Assembly: GCF_006345805.1 (NCBI RefSeq)
Contig: NW_021834311.1
Location: 1-59,560 of the forward strand
Length of the DNA stretch: 59,560 nt
Direction of reading: 5' to 3'
Origin: Octopus sinensis
Taxonomy: Eukaryota
Positions 1 to 13,075 of the stretch are shown piece after piece. Every line of letters begins with the position of its first letter. Position 1 is the stretch's first letter. A model generated the notes under the pieces. The model ran no database searches, was not told the DNA's origin, and saw only the letters and a program-made list of their open reading frames with translations. A program made the position numbers and the translations under genes.

Positions 1-119
1 GTTAAGACAGTAGGATATTTTCGTACTTTCTTTTAATGAAACTAATGGTAGCCTTCATTCACACGCACATACACACACACACAGACGCACACACACACAA
101 ACACACAGATGCACGCACG

Positions 120-155
<36 letters not shown>

Positions 156-1181
156 GTGAGAATTTACAAAAAACAAAAGACGAAGATGGGTGTGTAAACA
201 ACAAAAAGATGAAAGGCAAAGCTGAGTTCAGTGGTATTTGAATTCAGAATGTAGAGCCAGAAGAAATACCACAAAGCTTCTTGTCCAACACAGCAATGAT
301 CCTGCCAGCTCATGCCCTTATAATAATAAGGTTAAATGTCTCAAATTTAAACATAAGGCCAGCAATATTTAGGGGGGAGGATAAATCAATTATATCGACC
401 CCAGGGTTCAACTAATACTTATTTTATCAAGCCTTCTCCCCTCCCTCTAAGGATCAAAGGCAGTCAATCTTCACAGAATTTTAACACAACATAAAGATGA
501 AGAAAATGCTGCAAAGCATTTTGTCTAGCATACTAATGATTTTTGTCACCTCACTACCTTAATAATAATTATTATTATTGTTGTTGTTGTTGTTGTTGTT
601 ATAATGTCTATCAAATTTTGCACAAATGCAACAATTTTTGGATTGAGGGGATGAGTCAAGTTGACTTCAGTGGGATTAGAACTCAGAATGTAAAGAATTG
701 GAAGCAATACCAAAAAGAATTTAGTTGTATAGTTTCTTTTTTGTTTATGAAACATGTGTAAGCTGGTACGAATTAAATAGTTTATACACAAACTTTCTTG
801 TTTTGTCATGTGTATATATTCTGTGACATACCCAACTGTGGATTCCTAACAATGCATGGTTAATAATGTAACTTCTTGTGGTCTCCCATTAGATACACAC
901 ATGGCACAAAACTACCTCCCTCAATACTACTCCCTCCTCTGTTGAGGGTTTTTGTCTTGTAAAATACTTTGTGATTTCACCAGGGCTGCTGTCACATAAA
1001 AGGCACCTAGTACAGTGTGTAAAGTGGTGAGCATTAAGAAAAGCATCCAGCTGTAGAAGCCATGCCAGAACAGACAGTTGAACTTGGCACAGTCTTCTAG
1101 CTTACCAGCTTCTAACAAAGCATGTAAGCATTGAAAACAGACTTTAAATGATGAAGTGATGACATAACTATATATCCATGC

Positions 1182-1218
<37 letters not shown>

Positions 1219-1220
1219 CA

Positions 1221-1950
1221 AACACCATCCGAGCGTGGCCGTCCGCCAGCCTCGTCTGGCACCTGTGTCGGTGACACATAAGAAAACACCATCCGAGCGT
1301 GGCCGTCTGCCAGCCTCGTCTGGCACCTGTGTCGGTGGCACATAAAAAACACCATCCGAGCGTGGCCGTCTGCCAGCCTCGTCTGGCACCTGTGTCGGTG
1401 GCACATAAAATCACCCACTACACTCTCGGAGTGGTTGGCGTTAGGAAGGGCATCCAGCTGTAGAAACACTGCCACATCTGACTGGCCTGGTGCAGCCTTC
1501 GGGCTTCCCAGACCCCAGTTGAACCGTCCAACCCATGCTAGCATGGAAAGCGGACGTTAAACGATGATGATGATGATGATGATGATGATATACAAACACC
1601 ATCCGAGCATGGCCGTCCGCCAGCCTCGTCTGGCACCTGTGTCGGTGACACATAAGAAAACACCATCCGAGCGTGGCCGTCTGCCAGCCTCGTCTGGCAC
1701 CTGTGTCGGTGGCACATAAAAACACCATCCGAGCGTGGCCGTCTGCCAGCCTCGTCTGGCACCTGTGTCGGTGGCACATAAAATCACCCACTACACTCTC
1801 GGAGTGGTTGGCGTTAGGAAGGGCATCCAGCTGTAGAAACACTGCCACATCTGACTGGCCTGGTGCAGCCTTCGGGCTTCCCAGACCCCAGTTGAACCGT
1901 CCAACCCATGCTAGCATGGAAAGCGGACGTTAAACGATGATGATGATGAT
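1221..1950 (+). mobile_element. Two tandem copies (~370 bp each) of a 5'-truncated SINE with three internal ~58-bp repeats and a (GAT)n tail
   Basis: Internal repeat CACCATCCGAGCGTGGCCGTCTGCCAGCCTCGTCTGGCACCTGTGTCGGTGGCACATAAAA occurs three times per copy; 3' end CCATGCTAGCATGGAAAGCGGACGTTAAACGATGATGAT. Same family recurs at 10290-10650 and 15000-15310. Confidence 0.8.
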
Positions 1951-2899
1951 ATATATATATATTTAGAGAAAGAGAGAGAGAGAGAGAGTTGAGTGAAGGA
2001 GAAAAGGAGTAGATCCAACTTACAGAGTGCAAATGACAGAGAAAATTAAAGGGGAGGATATAAGTCTAACAGCTGTTTCTGGGAGAATGTTGGTAGATGT
2101 ATTCATCACAGTATGTAGGCCATAATAGAAGGCAATCAGAATTGGATAAATTGAGCTGCCATCAAGAAGTGCAAAGGTGGACAGATTAAATGTGGAGAGC
2201 AAGCAGTATTAGAGGAAGGAGGTAGGATGGAGTTATGGTGAGTGTTAAGACAGAATGGTGAGAGGAGATAAATAAACTAGTTCAGAAAGAGAGTGGCGGC
2301 TTAAGAATGGAAGTATTAAGGAAGTGGTAGTCGATGTGGAGAGTTGAGAGATGAGTGGGAGGGATGCAGTGGGTAGTAATTGAAGGGTAGTCAATTATTG
2401 GGTTGTGTATAGTGTTGAGATAGTGAGAAAAGGGATGACAATTATTTGAGGGAGGGAAAGACTCTAATTAGGCAACAGAAGGAGATTACTAAAGTATGAA
2501 CAAAGATATGAGAGAAGATAAAGGGAGGTGCATAGAGTGGGGAGTTAGTCGGTGATAGGGTAGCTGTGGTTAGTACTATAATGAAGGTGGATTGGTGGTG
2601 GAGGGGGAGTACTGAGGTTTGCAAAGGTGTATGAAATTGGGTAGAGGGGTGGATGTTGATTGTTTAGTAGCTAATTGATTGTGGTAGTTGCAAGTGCTCT
2701 TGATTGAAGGTGAGAATTGAGACAATGGGGAAAGAATACAATTTGTGAGGGAGGTGGTATGTTGTGGGTAAGAAGAATTTTCAAAGGTAATCATGAGAAG
2801 GATGGTATTACTGGAGAAGATGCATTGCTTCGCTAACCTTGTTGTACCCCAAGGTTAATTATAATTAATGATAATCATTGTTATGAGATTATATAGATT

Positions 2900-3700
2900 T
2901 AATAAAATGAGTAAATGATGAGTAGAACCTGTGTTTACAAGAGAGTATTACATCTGAGAATCTATTAAGTAATCAGGGATTGTGGTTGCAAAGGATGATT
3001 AGTGATCCCTTACAAATACCAAGGTTTGAGCTGAACGAGGGAGCCTCCTTATGATGGATCGGGATAGAGTAGTTTTGGGATTTGTGGTTATGTATTTAAG
3101 TTGCTAAGGTGGTAGAATATTTAGAATTTGGATTGGAGAAAGAGTCCATTTGTGCTCAGTAGCAGTGCTTGAAATTGACATTCTGTCGTTATAGACCCTT
3201 ACTTGGTGGGAGCATAGTATTATTACTCTGCACTTGTAGACTACATTTTTGCATTGACAGAAACCTCCAAGAGGGCTGAATTGAAACACCTAATAATTGC
3301 AAGTTTTCCTACCTGTTCTGTGGTTTTCCTACCTACTCTGTGGTCTTCCTACCTGCTCTAGGAAAGAAATGTGCAATTTTTGCCTTAAGTTTAGTGTTGG
3401 AGATATAAGAGTTCTTTTTACAGAAACCACTTATCTGCTGAGCTTGGTTATAGTGTGGGGCATGATTATTAAAAATATCTTTGTTAGTAGATAAGCTGGA
3501 GATTCTGATAAAAATATCTGTGACTATTCTATTAGGAGTAAGTTTAGGGTAATTTGATAGGATGTAGATATATTGTAATGATTGATAGGGTTTCTAGAAA
3601 GGGTGATATAGATTTAAGATGTTTCCAGTGTGTGTCATTTTCGAATGAGATACCTAGGTTATGATTTTTTAAAATCCTGTGGAATTGATTCCCTGTAAAG
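2900..3700 (-). mobile_element. Decayed Penelope-like element (GIY-YIG endonuclease region)
   Basis: Minus-strand translation gives PLGGFCQCKNVVYKCRV followed by SFSNPNSKYSTTLA, resembling the CPLxGxCxxxNVVY...H..SF...STxL pattern of Penelope endonucleases; many stops and frameshifts. Confidence 0.55.
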
Positions 3701-3777
3701 GTATGAGTCTAAGTTTGGATCATTTGAGCACTACTAAGTGTCTTCTACACTGAAAATCTCTGGACCTCATCTTCTGG

Positions 3778-3833
<56 letters not shown>

Positions 3834-3849
3834 ATATTGTGTAAACATA

Positions 3850-5108
3850 CAGGAGTTGGACAAAATAATGGAAACACCTTAAAATTTCAAACAAATTTAT
3901 TTTAATATGGGGTAGGGCTGCCTGTAGCAGTAATTACAGCTTGAATTCTACAAGGTATGAACTTGTACAAAGTTTGAATTGTTTCCAAAAGAATTTTTGT
4001 CCATTTTTCAGCTAAAAGAGTCCCCAATTCTTGCAGTGATGATGGTGGAGGGTATTGACTCCTTTTCCTGTTTTCCTAAAATGCACCACAAATGTTCAAT
4101 AATATTGAGATCTGGAGGCTGTGGTGGCAAGATAAGATGTTCAACTTCTCTAGAATGTTTCTCATGCCATTCAGTAACAACTTTAGCTGCTCTGTGAATT
4201 GGTGCATTATCATCCTGAAAGATTGCATTTCCCTTCAGAAACAGTTCTGCAATCATAGGATGAATTTGATCAGATAAAATGCTTAAATAGTCTGCCATGA
4301 AGGGAAATCATTGGGCTGGCAGATTTCCAAGATATAGCCCCCACCTCTCAGATCATCATAGATCCTCCTCCATGTTTAACAGTTGGAAGAAGGTAGTCTG
4401 GGTCAAAGGCTTGTTTTGGATGTCTCCACATGTATACTCGGCCAGTGGTCAGAAATATGGTAAAAGATGACTTGTCCAAGAAAATGACATTCTTCCACTG
4501 CTCTAGGGATCAGTTTTGTAGGTTTTTACCCCACTCTAAATGCTTTGCAAAGTTGGTTTTTGAAAGTAGTGGTTTTCTGATTGCAGCCCTCCCATGAAAT
4601 CCAGCTTTGTGCAACTCCCAGCAATCAGTTTTATGGAAACTGGGTTCTTGAGATGGTTATTAAGCTCTACAGTTACTTTGGGAGCTGTACTTTTGTGATC
4701 CTTTCTAACAATTTGCATAAGAGTCCAACAGTCCTTATCTGAAGGTTTTGGTTTTCTTCCAGAGTTTTGTTTTGACTAGAAGGTTTTTCCCACTTCCTCA
4801 AAGGCTGTCATTACTTTTGAGACAGGACTTCATGATACACCAAACACTTCGGCTGTTTTCATTACGCTAGCGCCTGCTATATGCACACCACAATTTGACC
4901 TCTTTGAAAGTCCAATAGATCTGTCATTTTAATGAATTTCAGTTAACTTTTTCTGTTGATATCTGAAAAGAAACAGCAATTTTAGCAAAACATATTAAGC
5001 AATACTAATAATAATTCAAATAACATAAATATAAACAAGTTTTTGACAGTTTTATAGATATTTCAAAATTATGATGCTACATGTTTCCATTATTTTGTCC
5101 AACCCCTC
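3850..5108 (-). mobile_element. Tc1-like DNA transposon, full span with TIRs, frameshifted transposase
   Basis: Left end TA|CAGGAGTTGGACAAAATAATGGAAACA and right end TGTTTCCATTATTTTGTCCAACCCCTC|TA (~27-bp TIRs, TA duplication). Fragments FQDDNAPIH...PPDLNIIEHLW and IVRKDHKSTAPKVTVELN. Confidence 0.9.
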
Positions 5109-5129
5109 TAGATCTTCAGATAGCTGTTC

Positions 5130-5755
5130 CTGAACAATGGGTGCCCAGAAAAAGAACTGGTATATAAGACCAATAACATGGGTTTGAACAGCAACAAATA
5201 CATATATTGGAATGATAGGGAACTCCTTCAAATAAAGATATACATTGCACCTGGCTTTGTTCAGAGCCAAAAACAAAAAAACACACAATAATCCTAGCCA
5301 ATATAGAATAGAGACTGAAAAAGAGAGGTGTGAGCAACATCCAGAAAACCTGGAGTATTATTGCTGAGGCCAACAAGTACAGAGGACGAGGCAGGAAATG
5401 CAAGCTTTACATCACTGAAACATTATACATTATCACACCAAAAGTGAATATTTCAAATATTAGGGATGACACCTTCTCCCCTTGCATGCGTAAGCAGCAT
5501 TTCACACTCTGAAATTTCAAGCAAATATCCCCACCTACTCTGTCTCCCGTGCAACCTGGATAAATTTTCATTCCAAACATCAGTTATACGCATTATATGA
5601 ACTTCATGCATGAAAAAACACATGACCTCATAAACTTATGCTGCGCTCCTCTCACAGATATATATGGGTCTCACACATATCCATGACATTACAAGTTATA
5701 TACAAACTTATGAACCCATAACACCATAAGTATCACATGAATTATGTGAAAGATA

Positions 5756-5821
<66 letters not shown>

Positions 5822-6300
5822 TCATCATCGTTTAACGTCCGCTTTCCATGCGGTGTGAGCAACATCCAGATAACCTGGAGTATTATTGCTGAGGCCAACA
5901 AGAACAGAGGACGAGGCAGGAAATGCAAGCTTTACATCACTGAAACATTATACATTATCACACCAAAAGTGAATATTTCAAATATTAGGGATGACACCTT
6001 CTCCCCTTGCATGCATAAGCAGCATTTCACACTCTGAAATTTCAAGCAAATATCCCCACCTACTCTGTCTCCCGTGCAACCTGGATAAATTTTCATTCCA
6101 AACATCAGTTATACGCATTATATGAACTTCATGCATGAAAAAACACATGACCTCATAAACTTATGCTGCGCTCCTCTCACAGATATATATGGGTCTCACA
6201 CATATCCATGACATTACAAGTTATATACAAACTTATGAACCCATAACACCATAAGTATCACATGAATTATGTGAAAGATATGTGAAACCTCACAATAATG
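5130..6300 (+). mobile_element. Decayed Penelope-like GIY-YIG region with a ~430-bp internal tandem duplication
   Basis: Translation YIGMIGNSFK*RY..H...WSIIAEANKYRGRGRKCKLYITETLYII matches the Penelope endonuclease pattern; 5328-5755 is repeated at 5852-6281. Confidence 0.65.
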
Positions 6301-6399
6301 AGTACACACCCAAACAGACATACTACAGATCCAGAGTTTGCACCCGCTGACGGCTGCAGCGAAATTCAATTTTGGACTTTCTTCTATCGAAGGCATTCT

Positions 6400-6657
6400 A
6401 ACAAAAATGCTTCCGTATAAATGGTGAAAATATTGTCAGTTTTTGTTTCACTTTTAACACGTAATACTGAAATAGTGGAGAAGATATGATATTGCTATGG
6501 GCTCGCCTTAAACAAGAAGTCGAACGTTTTTTTGATCATGAAAGTACATGGACCCTAAGTAAGGCATGTGTGAAATTTGAATGAAATTGGTTGTGTAGTT
6601 CTCAAGTTTTAGGGAAAAACACAGACAGACACGTTCTCAGTTTTATATATATAGAGA
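6400..6657 (-). mobile_element. 5' part of a non-autonomous Helitron-like element
   Basis: Minus strand begins TC(TC)TATATATATAAAACTGAGAACGTGTCTGTCTG; related to the element end at 50180-50240. Confidence 0.5.
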
Positions 6658-6765
6658 AATTTATATATATATATTATATATATATATATATATATTTTAT
6701 ATTATATATATTTATATTATATATATATATATATAGATATATATATATATATATTTTTATATATA

Positions 6766-6813
<48 letters not shown>

Positions 6814-6838
6814 TATATATATAATATAATATATATTT

Positions 6839-6919
<81 letters not shown>

Positions 6920-6938
6920 ATATATATTTTTATATATA

Positions 6939-6991
<53 letters not shown>

Positions 6992-7469
6992 ATATATATA
7001 TTTTTTTATATATATATATATTATATATATATTTTTATATATATATTATATATATATATTATAATATATATATAGATATATTTATATATTATATATATAT
7101 ATATATTTTTTATATATATATATATATATTTTATATTATATATATATATTTTATATATATATATTTTTTTTATATATATATATATTTTTATATATATATA
7201 TATTTTTTATATTATATATTTTTATATATATATATATATATTTTATATATATATTTATATATATATATATAATATTTATATATATATATATATATATATT
7301 TTATATATATATATATATATTTTATATATATATTATATATTTATATATATATATACATATATTTTATATATATATATATATATTTTTATATATATATATA
7401 TATATATATTTTTATATATATATATATATATATAATATATATATATTTTTATATATATATATATATTTT

Positions 7470-7502
<33 letters not shown>

Positions 7503-7657
7503 ATATATATTTTTTATATATATATATATATATATATTTTTATATATATATATATATATATTTTTTTTTTTATATATATAATATTTTTATATATATATAT
7601 ATATTTTTATATATATATATATATTTTTATATATTTTTATATATATATATATATTTT

Positions 7658-7722
<65 letters not shown>

Positions 7723-7728
7723 ATATAG

Positions 7729-7762
<34 letters not shown>

Positions 7763-7770
7763 ATATATAT
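6658..7770. repeat. Long degenerate (TA)n/(TATTT) microsatellite
   Basis: More than 1 kb of nearly pure TA with T runs; similar tracts at 7870-7980, 8600-9020, 23180-23440 and 25630-25755. Confidence 0.95.
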
Positions 7771-7882
7771 ATCAACAATTGAGGGTAAAATTAATTAATT
7801 ATTAATCAATTTCACCAAGTATTCAGTATGTAAAGGGACCATTATAGGCGAATTCAAAATATTACATTATATATATATTATA

Positions 7883-7979
<97 letters not shown>

Positions 7980-8040
7980 TTTACATTATTGGTGAATTGA
8001 AGAAATGGAGCTGAACGCAGATTGAACAGAAATCGTTTTA

Positions 8041-8130
8041 TTTCATTCTACACGTGTTTCGAAAGGCACAAATTACCAAAATCCGATTGAATAATGGGAC
8101 CATATTGTGTCTTTCTCTTCAGGAAGAAAA
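8041..8130 (-). ncRNA. Mirror-image minimal hammerhead ribozyme motif
   Basis: Reverse complement of the 8301-8389 motif in the left arm of the palindrome. Confidence 0.7.
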
Positions 8131-8300
8131 AAGGAAATCCGTTGGAAAAACAAAAACAGAACAGAGGCGGAGCAAAAACAAATCGAATTATGCTCCTAAG
8201 AGCCCATGACGAAACTGTTTCGCCATGGGCTCTTAGGAGCATAATTCGATTTGTTTTTGCTCCGCCTCTGTTCTGTTTTTGTTTTTCCAACGGATTTCCT

Positions 8301-8389
8301 TTTTTTTCCTGAAGAGAAAGACACAATATGGTCCATTATTCAATCGGATTTTGGTAATTTGTGCCTTTCGAAACACGTGTAGAATGAAA
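8301..8389 (+). ncRNA. Minimal type I hammerhead ribozyme motif
   Basis: CUGAAGA at 8309-8315; stem II GAAAGACACAA/UUGUGCCUUUC; GAAAC-ACGU-GUA at 8370-8381 with a palindromic loop; stem I UUUUUUUC/GAAUGAAA. Predicted cleavage after A8381. Confidence 0.7.
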
Positions 8390-8619
8390 TAAAACGATTT
8401 CTGTTCAATCTGCGTTCAGCTCCATTTCTTCAATTCACCAATAATGTTTTAATTTCAATTATCCGCACCAACGCACGGTTGCAACGCCAGATGGTTGTAC
8501 CTCCAACCGTGCTGTTTACTGCTGTGATTTTTGCTACTAAGGTATCGGTTAAACTTTTGATTAATCTACTACAAGATTATTCATCGTTCTATTTCACATA
8601 ATATATATATTTTTATATA

Positions 8620-8652
<33 letters not shown>

Positions 8653-8716
8653 ATATATATATATTTATATATATATATATAATATATATTTTTATATATA
8701 TATATATATATATTTT

Positions 8717-8749
<33 letters not shown>

Positions 8750-8804
8750 ATATATATTTTTTATATTATATATATATATATTTTTATATATATATATATA
8801 TTTT

Positions 8805-8869
<65 letters not shown>

Positions 8870-9092
8870 TTATATATATATATATATTTTTATATATATA
8901 TATTTTTATATATATATATATATTTTTATATATTTTTATATATATTTTTATATATATATATATTTTTATATATATATATTTTTATATATATATATTTTTA
9001 TATATTTTTATATATATGTGTGTATATATGCAGTTAATTTTAGTACCATGCACTACACACTGAAATAATAAGTTTTGCATCTTTTCTTAAAG

Positions 9093-9134
9093 GTACTGAA
9101 GATAATTATGCGACTATTCCAGATGAAGCTCTCA
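9093..9134 (+). CDS. Internal 42-nt coding exon of a host gene (xTEDNYATIPDEAL)
   Basis: Acceptor CTTTTCTTAAAG, donor GTAAGT, phase 1 at both ends, open frame; joins the next exon in frame. Confidence 0.75.
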
Positions 9135-9500
9135 GTAAGTATAATTAACACCAAATGACAAATAATTTTGCATTGGTTTCAATGTTTGGCACAAGGCCAG
9201 CAAATTTTTAGGAGGGAGAAATCAATTTCATCAACCCATTGCTCAATCTGTACTTACTTTATGTGTATGTGTGTATATATGTATATATATATATATATTA
9301 TATATATATATTATATATAATATATATATATACTTACTTACTTATATATATATACTTACACCAACCCTATACATACACATGTCCAGACCCCGCATACGCA
9401 CTTATACTCTCTCACACACACACACACACACCCTTATACATACTAATACATACACCAACCCTATACATACACATGTCCAGACCCCGCATACGCACTTATA

Positions 9501-9555
<55 letters not shown>

Positions 9556-9599
9556 ATACATACTAATACATACACCAACCCTATACATACACACATCCA

Positions 9600-9924
9600 G
9601 ACCCCTCCCACGCACTTTTAGCTGGTCCCTCAACCCATTTATCAACCCTATTATCTCCCCTTATTTCGCTCTCGCGTCTCATGTTTGATCTTTGACCTCT
9701 GGCCGAAATCAGATCGCCATGTTGATTCGTTAGTTACTGCACGCATTTTTTTTCTCTCCTTCTTTCTGTGTTTTTTTTCTCTCTGTGTATCTTTCTGTTG
9801 AAGAGCGTAGGCTCGAAACGTTAAAGACTTGTTTTATTTATATTTCCTGAGCGCCATACTAATACAATTGTTCGTTTGTTTTCCACCTGCCTTCGTCTTT
9901 TGTTTATTTTCATAAAGCTTCCCG

Positions 9925-9925
<1 letters not shown>
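9600..9925 (+). mobile_element. Penelope-like 3' tail repeat with a degenerate hammerhead-like motif
   Basis: UCUUU-CUGUUGAA-GAGC(GUAG)GCUC-GAAACGUU-AAAGA at 9790-9827. Related tails (CAAAAGACGAAGA) on the opposite strand near 170-190 and 37190-37210. Confidence 0.45.
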
Positions 9926-9962
<37 letters not shown>

Positions 9963-10289
9963 TATATATAGTGGAGGCACAATAGCCCAGTTGTTAGGGC
10001 AGCATACTTGCAGTCACATCTGTGGAGTGCTCAGCCACTTGCACGTTAATTTCATGAGCCAGCGGTTCCATTAATCAGATCAAATGGAACCCTCGTTGTC
10101 GTAACTGACAGAGTACCACCACCATATATATATACAGTTTGATGAAAAGTTACCCAACAGCAAATCAAATTTCCATAAATACTCTCTGCTGTAATTCTGT
10201 ATTGACTCAAATGGAAAAATGTGTCACTCAAGAAGGACTTCAGTTTGAACAATTTCCATGATGTTTTACATTTAGTTGCTTTTATTAAA

Positions 10290-10650
10290 CCCCGTGCCGG
10301 TGACACGTAAAAGCACCGTCCGTTCGTGGCCGGTTGCCAGCTCTGTCTGGCCCCGTGTCGGTGGCACGTAAAAGCACCATCCGTTCGTGTCCGTTGCCAG
10401 CATCGCCTGGCCCCGTGCCGGTGACACGTAAAAGCACCATCCGTTCGTGGCCGTTCGCCAGCTCTGTCTGGCACCTGTGCAGGTGGCACGTAAAAAACAC
10501 CCACTACACTCGCGTAGTGGTTGGCGTTAGGAAGGGCATCCAGCCGTAGAAACACTGCCAGATCTGACTGGGCCTGACGAAGCCTTCCAGCTTCACAGAC
10601 CCCAGTTAACCCGTCCAACCCATGCTAGCATGATGATGATGATGATGATT
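10290..10650 (+). mobile_element. SINE copy, same family as 1221-1950
   Basis: Internal ~58-bp repeats, CACCCACTACACTC...GGAAGGGCATCCAGC core, (GAT)n tail. Confidence 0.8.
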
Positions 10651-11334
10651 CAGTTGTTAAACATAAGTAAATCTTGGAATTCAATGGTTTTGATTTGCTG
10701 TCCGGTGATTTTGGCCAGCCCTTAACGCATTGGGCTGAGGAATAATTCATAGGCCTTTTCTTCACATTTAACAATGTGCACGGAAATAAAATACATTGGA
10801 ATAACGTTTTATGTTATTTGAGAGAAATTTCTGCTCAACAAGATAATGTATTTTGATTTTTGTGCATTTTCAGATCATTAAAATGCACTTTCAAGAGGAA
10901 AAAACTTAGCATTTTCGACACCATTTGCTTTTTCATTTAATCAATTTGTTAATCCTGCCAAAGCTGCTTTTGAGATCTGTCCTGTGTATTGAGAAGGAGC
11001 AATTTCTCAAACTACTACCCACCATTGGTTTTTGAGCTTCAAAAATGGGAATTTTGACCTCAAGGATGGATTACACAGCAGTCAACCAATTCAGTTCAAT
11101 GAAAAGTGATTGAATCATCTTCTTCACAAAAATTCACATAAATATGAACTTACTGTGCTTTGAAACACATCTTATATATATATATGTACACACACACACA
11201 CACACACACACACACCACATATATATATATATATATACTTTATTTAAAGCAGCAGAAAATTCAACAAAATCTGTTACTCATTGGAGGCATCTACATCATT
11301 TTGACAGCCTCCAGAGAAGCATACATACACACGT

Positions 11335-11375
<41 letters not shown>

Positions 11376-12753
11376 TATATATATACACACACACACGTTC
11401 GTGCTGTCTACTTGACCTCCACTCTCATATCTTCTTCCATTCTGTATTTATAGTGATGATACTTCAGAATCAGGGATGCTGGTGTGTAAGGTTGTAAGAG
11501 TTTGGGAGAAAAGGAGGTGAATGCAAACCATGGAATAAAACAGGTCAAATGAACATAGGAGTTGTAATAAATCATGAACAGGGAAAGGATTTACGTATAG
11601 AAGGGGACACAGTAAGAATAAGGGATAGATGCTGACTGGAAATAGTACAAGGGAAAGGAAGTGGCAACTCACAGTACAGAGATGGCAATATGTATGGTAT
11701 AAATGTATGGTGTATTCTGCTTTTGTCTCTTACAGCAGCAGAATAGCACTTTCGACAGGAGAATGATAGAGGGCTCATTATAGGGTCATGAGTTGTGGGG
11801 CTGGCAGTTGTGATTAGTGGGGAAATTAAGAAAGGGATACCGATTTGAAGGGTGGAGGATCATTTGTGGTATGAACATGGAATGGATGTCTGTTGGAAGT
11901 GGCAGCAGATGTAAGATGTGGCGAGTAGTGGAAAAAGGGAAAATCATTAACAACAGTGGAGGTTAGCTCATTGATGGTAAGGATAGAGGACAAATGTCAA
12001 TAGGAGGTGAACCATACTTTGGAGATGTTTTTAATGGCAGGAAGAGGAAATGTGAAGAAGAGAAAGATGCAGTTTAGAAGAGCTGATTTAGTTCGGTTTC
12101 TTGGGGTAGCATGTGTGAAAACATTGTTGCATATAAAATATACACTATCTATATAATAATTTGCTTCTTTCTTCACCTGTTATACTATAGTTTGTTAGAG
12201 AGGTGGAAGTGGAATGAGTGAGAGGTTGAGTAAAAGTGGGAGAAAGAGGGAGAAATGTGGGTAGAGAAGCAAGAAGAAGAGAGGAGTATAATAATACACT
12301 AAGGTCAAATGCATCACGTAGTTAGTTGAGGGGGGAGGCAAAGAGCAAGACACAACTACAATGAGAGGAAAGTGGGAGAGAGAGAAGTGTTAATGACATG
12401 CTGTAGGGTGGAAAGAGAAAGAGGGAAATGTTAAAGACATGAAGAGGGGAATTACATGGTTAAAATGTTTGTTGAAGAGGTAGAGAGAAAGAGAGAAATA
12501 TAAGGTGCTTAGCAGAAGGAAATTTCAAAATCATATACTATTTTGCAACTGGAAGTGAAATCACTTAGCAAAATACAAATAACAATCATCCTTTCTTTCT
12601 TAAATAGCTTTGCTTAATCTCTTTCGTTCTGTGGAATTTCCACAGATCTCACTAGTATTTTATTTTTTTTAGTTACTTTTTGTACAATATCAAAATATTA
12701 AAACTATCCTCTCCAAACAATAAATGTGCACATCTTTCTATAATTTTTTGAAG

Positions 12754-12813
12754 CTAATGAAGAGCAATATGCTGAAGCTAGTGGGCCCAGTTATTTAGAA
12801 TTGAAACCAGCAG
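12754..12813 (+). CDS. Internal 60-nt coding exon (TNEEQYAEASGPSYLELKPA)
   Basis: Acceptor TAATTTTTTGAAG, donor CAG|GTAAGT, phase 1-1, open frame. Confidence 0.8.
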
Positions 12814-13033
12814 GTAAGTATAAACAATATTGTTAGTACACAGCATGATCTTAGAAATTATCTTAAACATTAACAGAAAGCTAACAGTCATGAAATGTAT
12901 CATTCTCTAACTTTTATCTTTTAATATGTGTGTATGAGTGTGTTTGAGTCTGTCTCATTAGCATTTATGATTGTAGTATCAACACAATACTAACATAACG
13001 CTATTTATTGTTTTTATTTCTAATTTTTTAAAG

Positions 13034-13075
13034 ACATGAAGATTTCTTACGTTAATGTTTCAAGGAAACCTGATG
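13034..13075 (+). CDS. Internal 42-nt coding exon (DMKISYVNVSRKPD)
   Basis: Acceptor TAATTTTTTAAAG, donor ATG|GTAAGT, phase 1-1, open frame. Confidence 0.8.

Larger units (their letters stand above)
7983..8602. mobile_element. Fold-back element: ~230-bp inverted arms with a 3-nt loop plus a ~155-bp unique 3' extension, inserted in (TA)n; probably Penelope-derived and non-autonomous
   Basis: 7983-8214 is the reverse complement of 8218-8447; the same left arm and 3' extension recur at 21033-22142. Confidence 0.8.

Noticed and set aside
6340-6375. CUGACGG-CUGCAGC-GAAA hammerhead-like motif
   Set aside because: Core lacks the conserved A and no stem I pairing was found.
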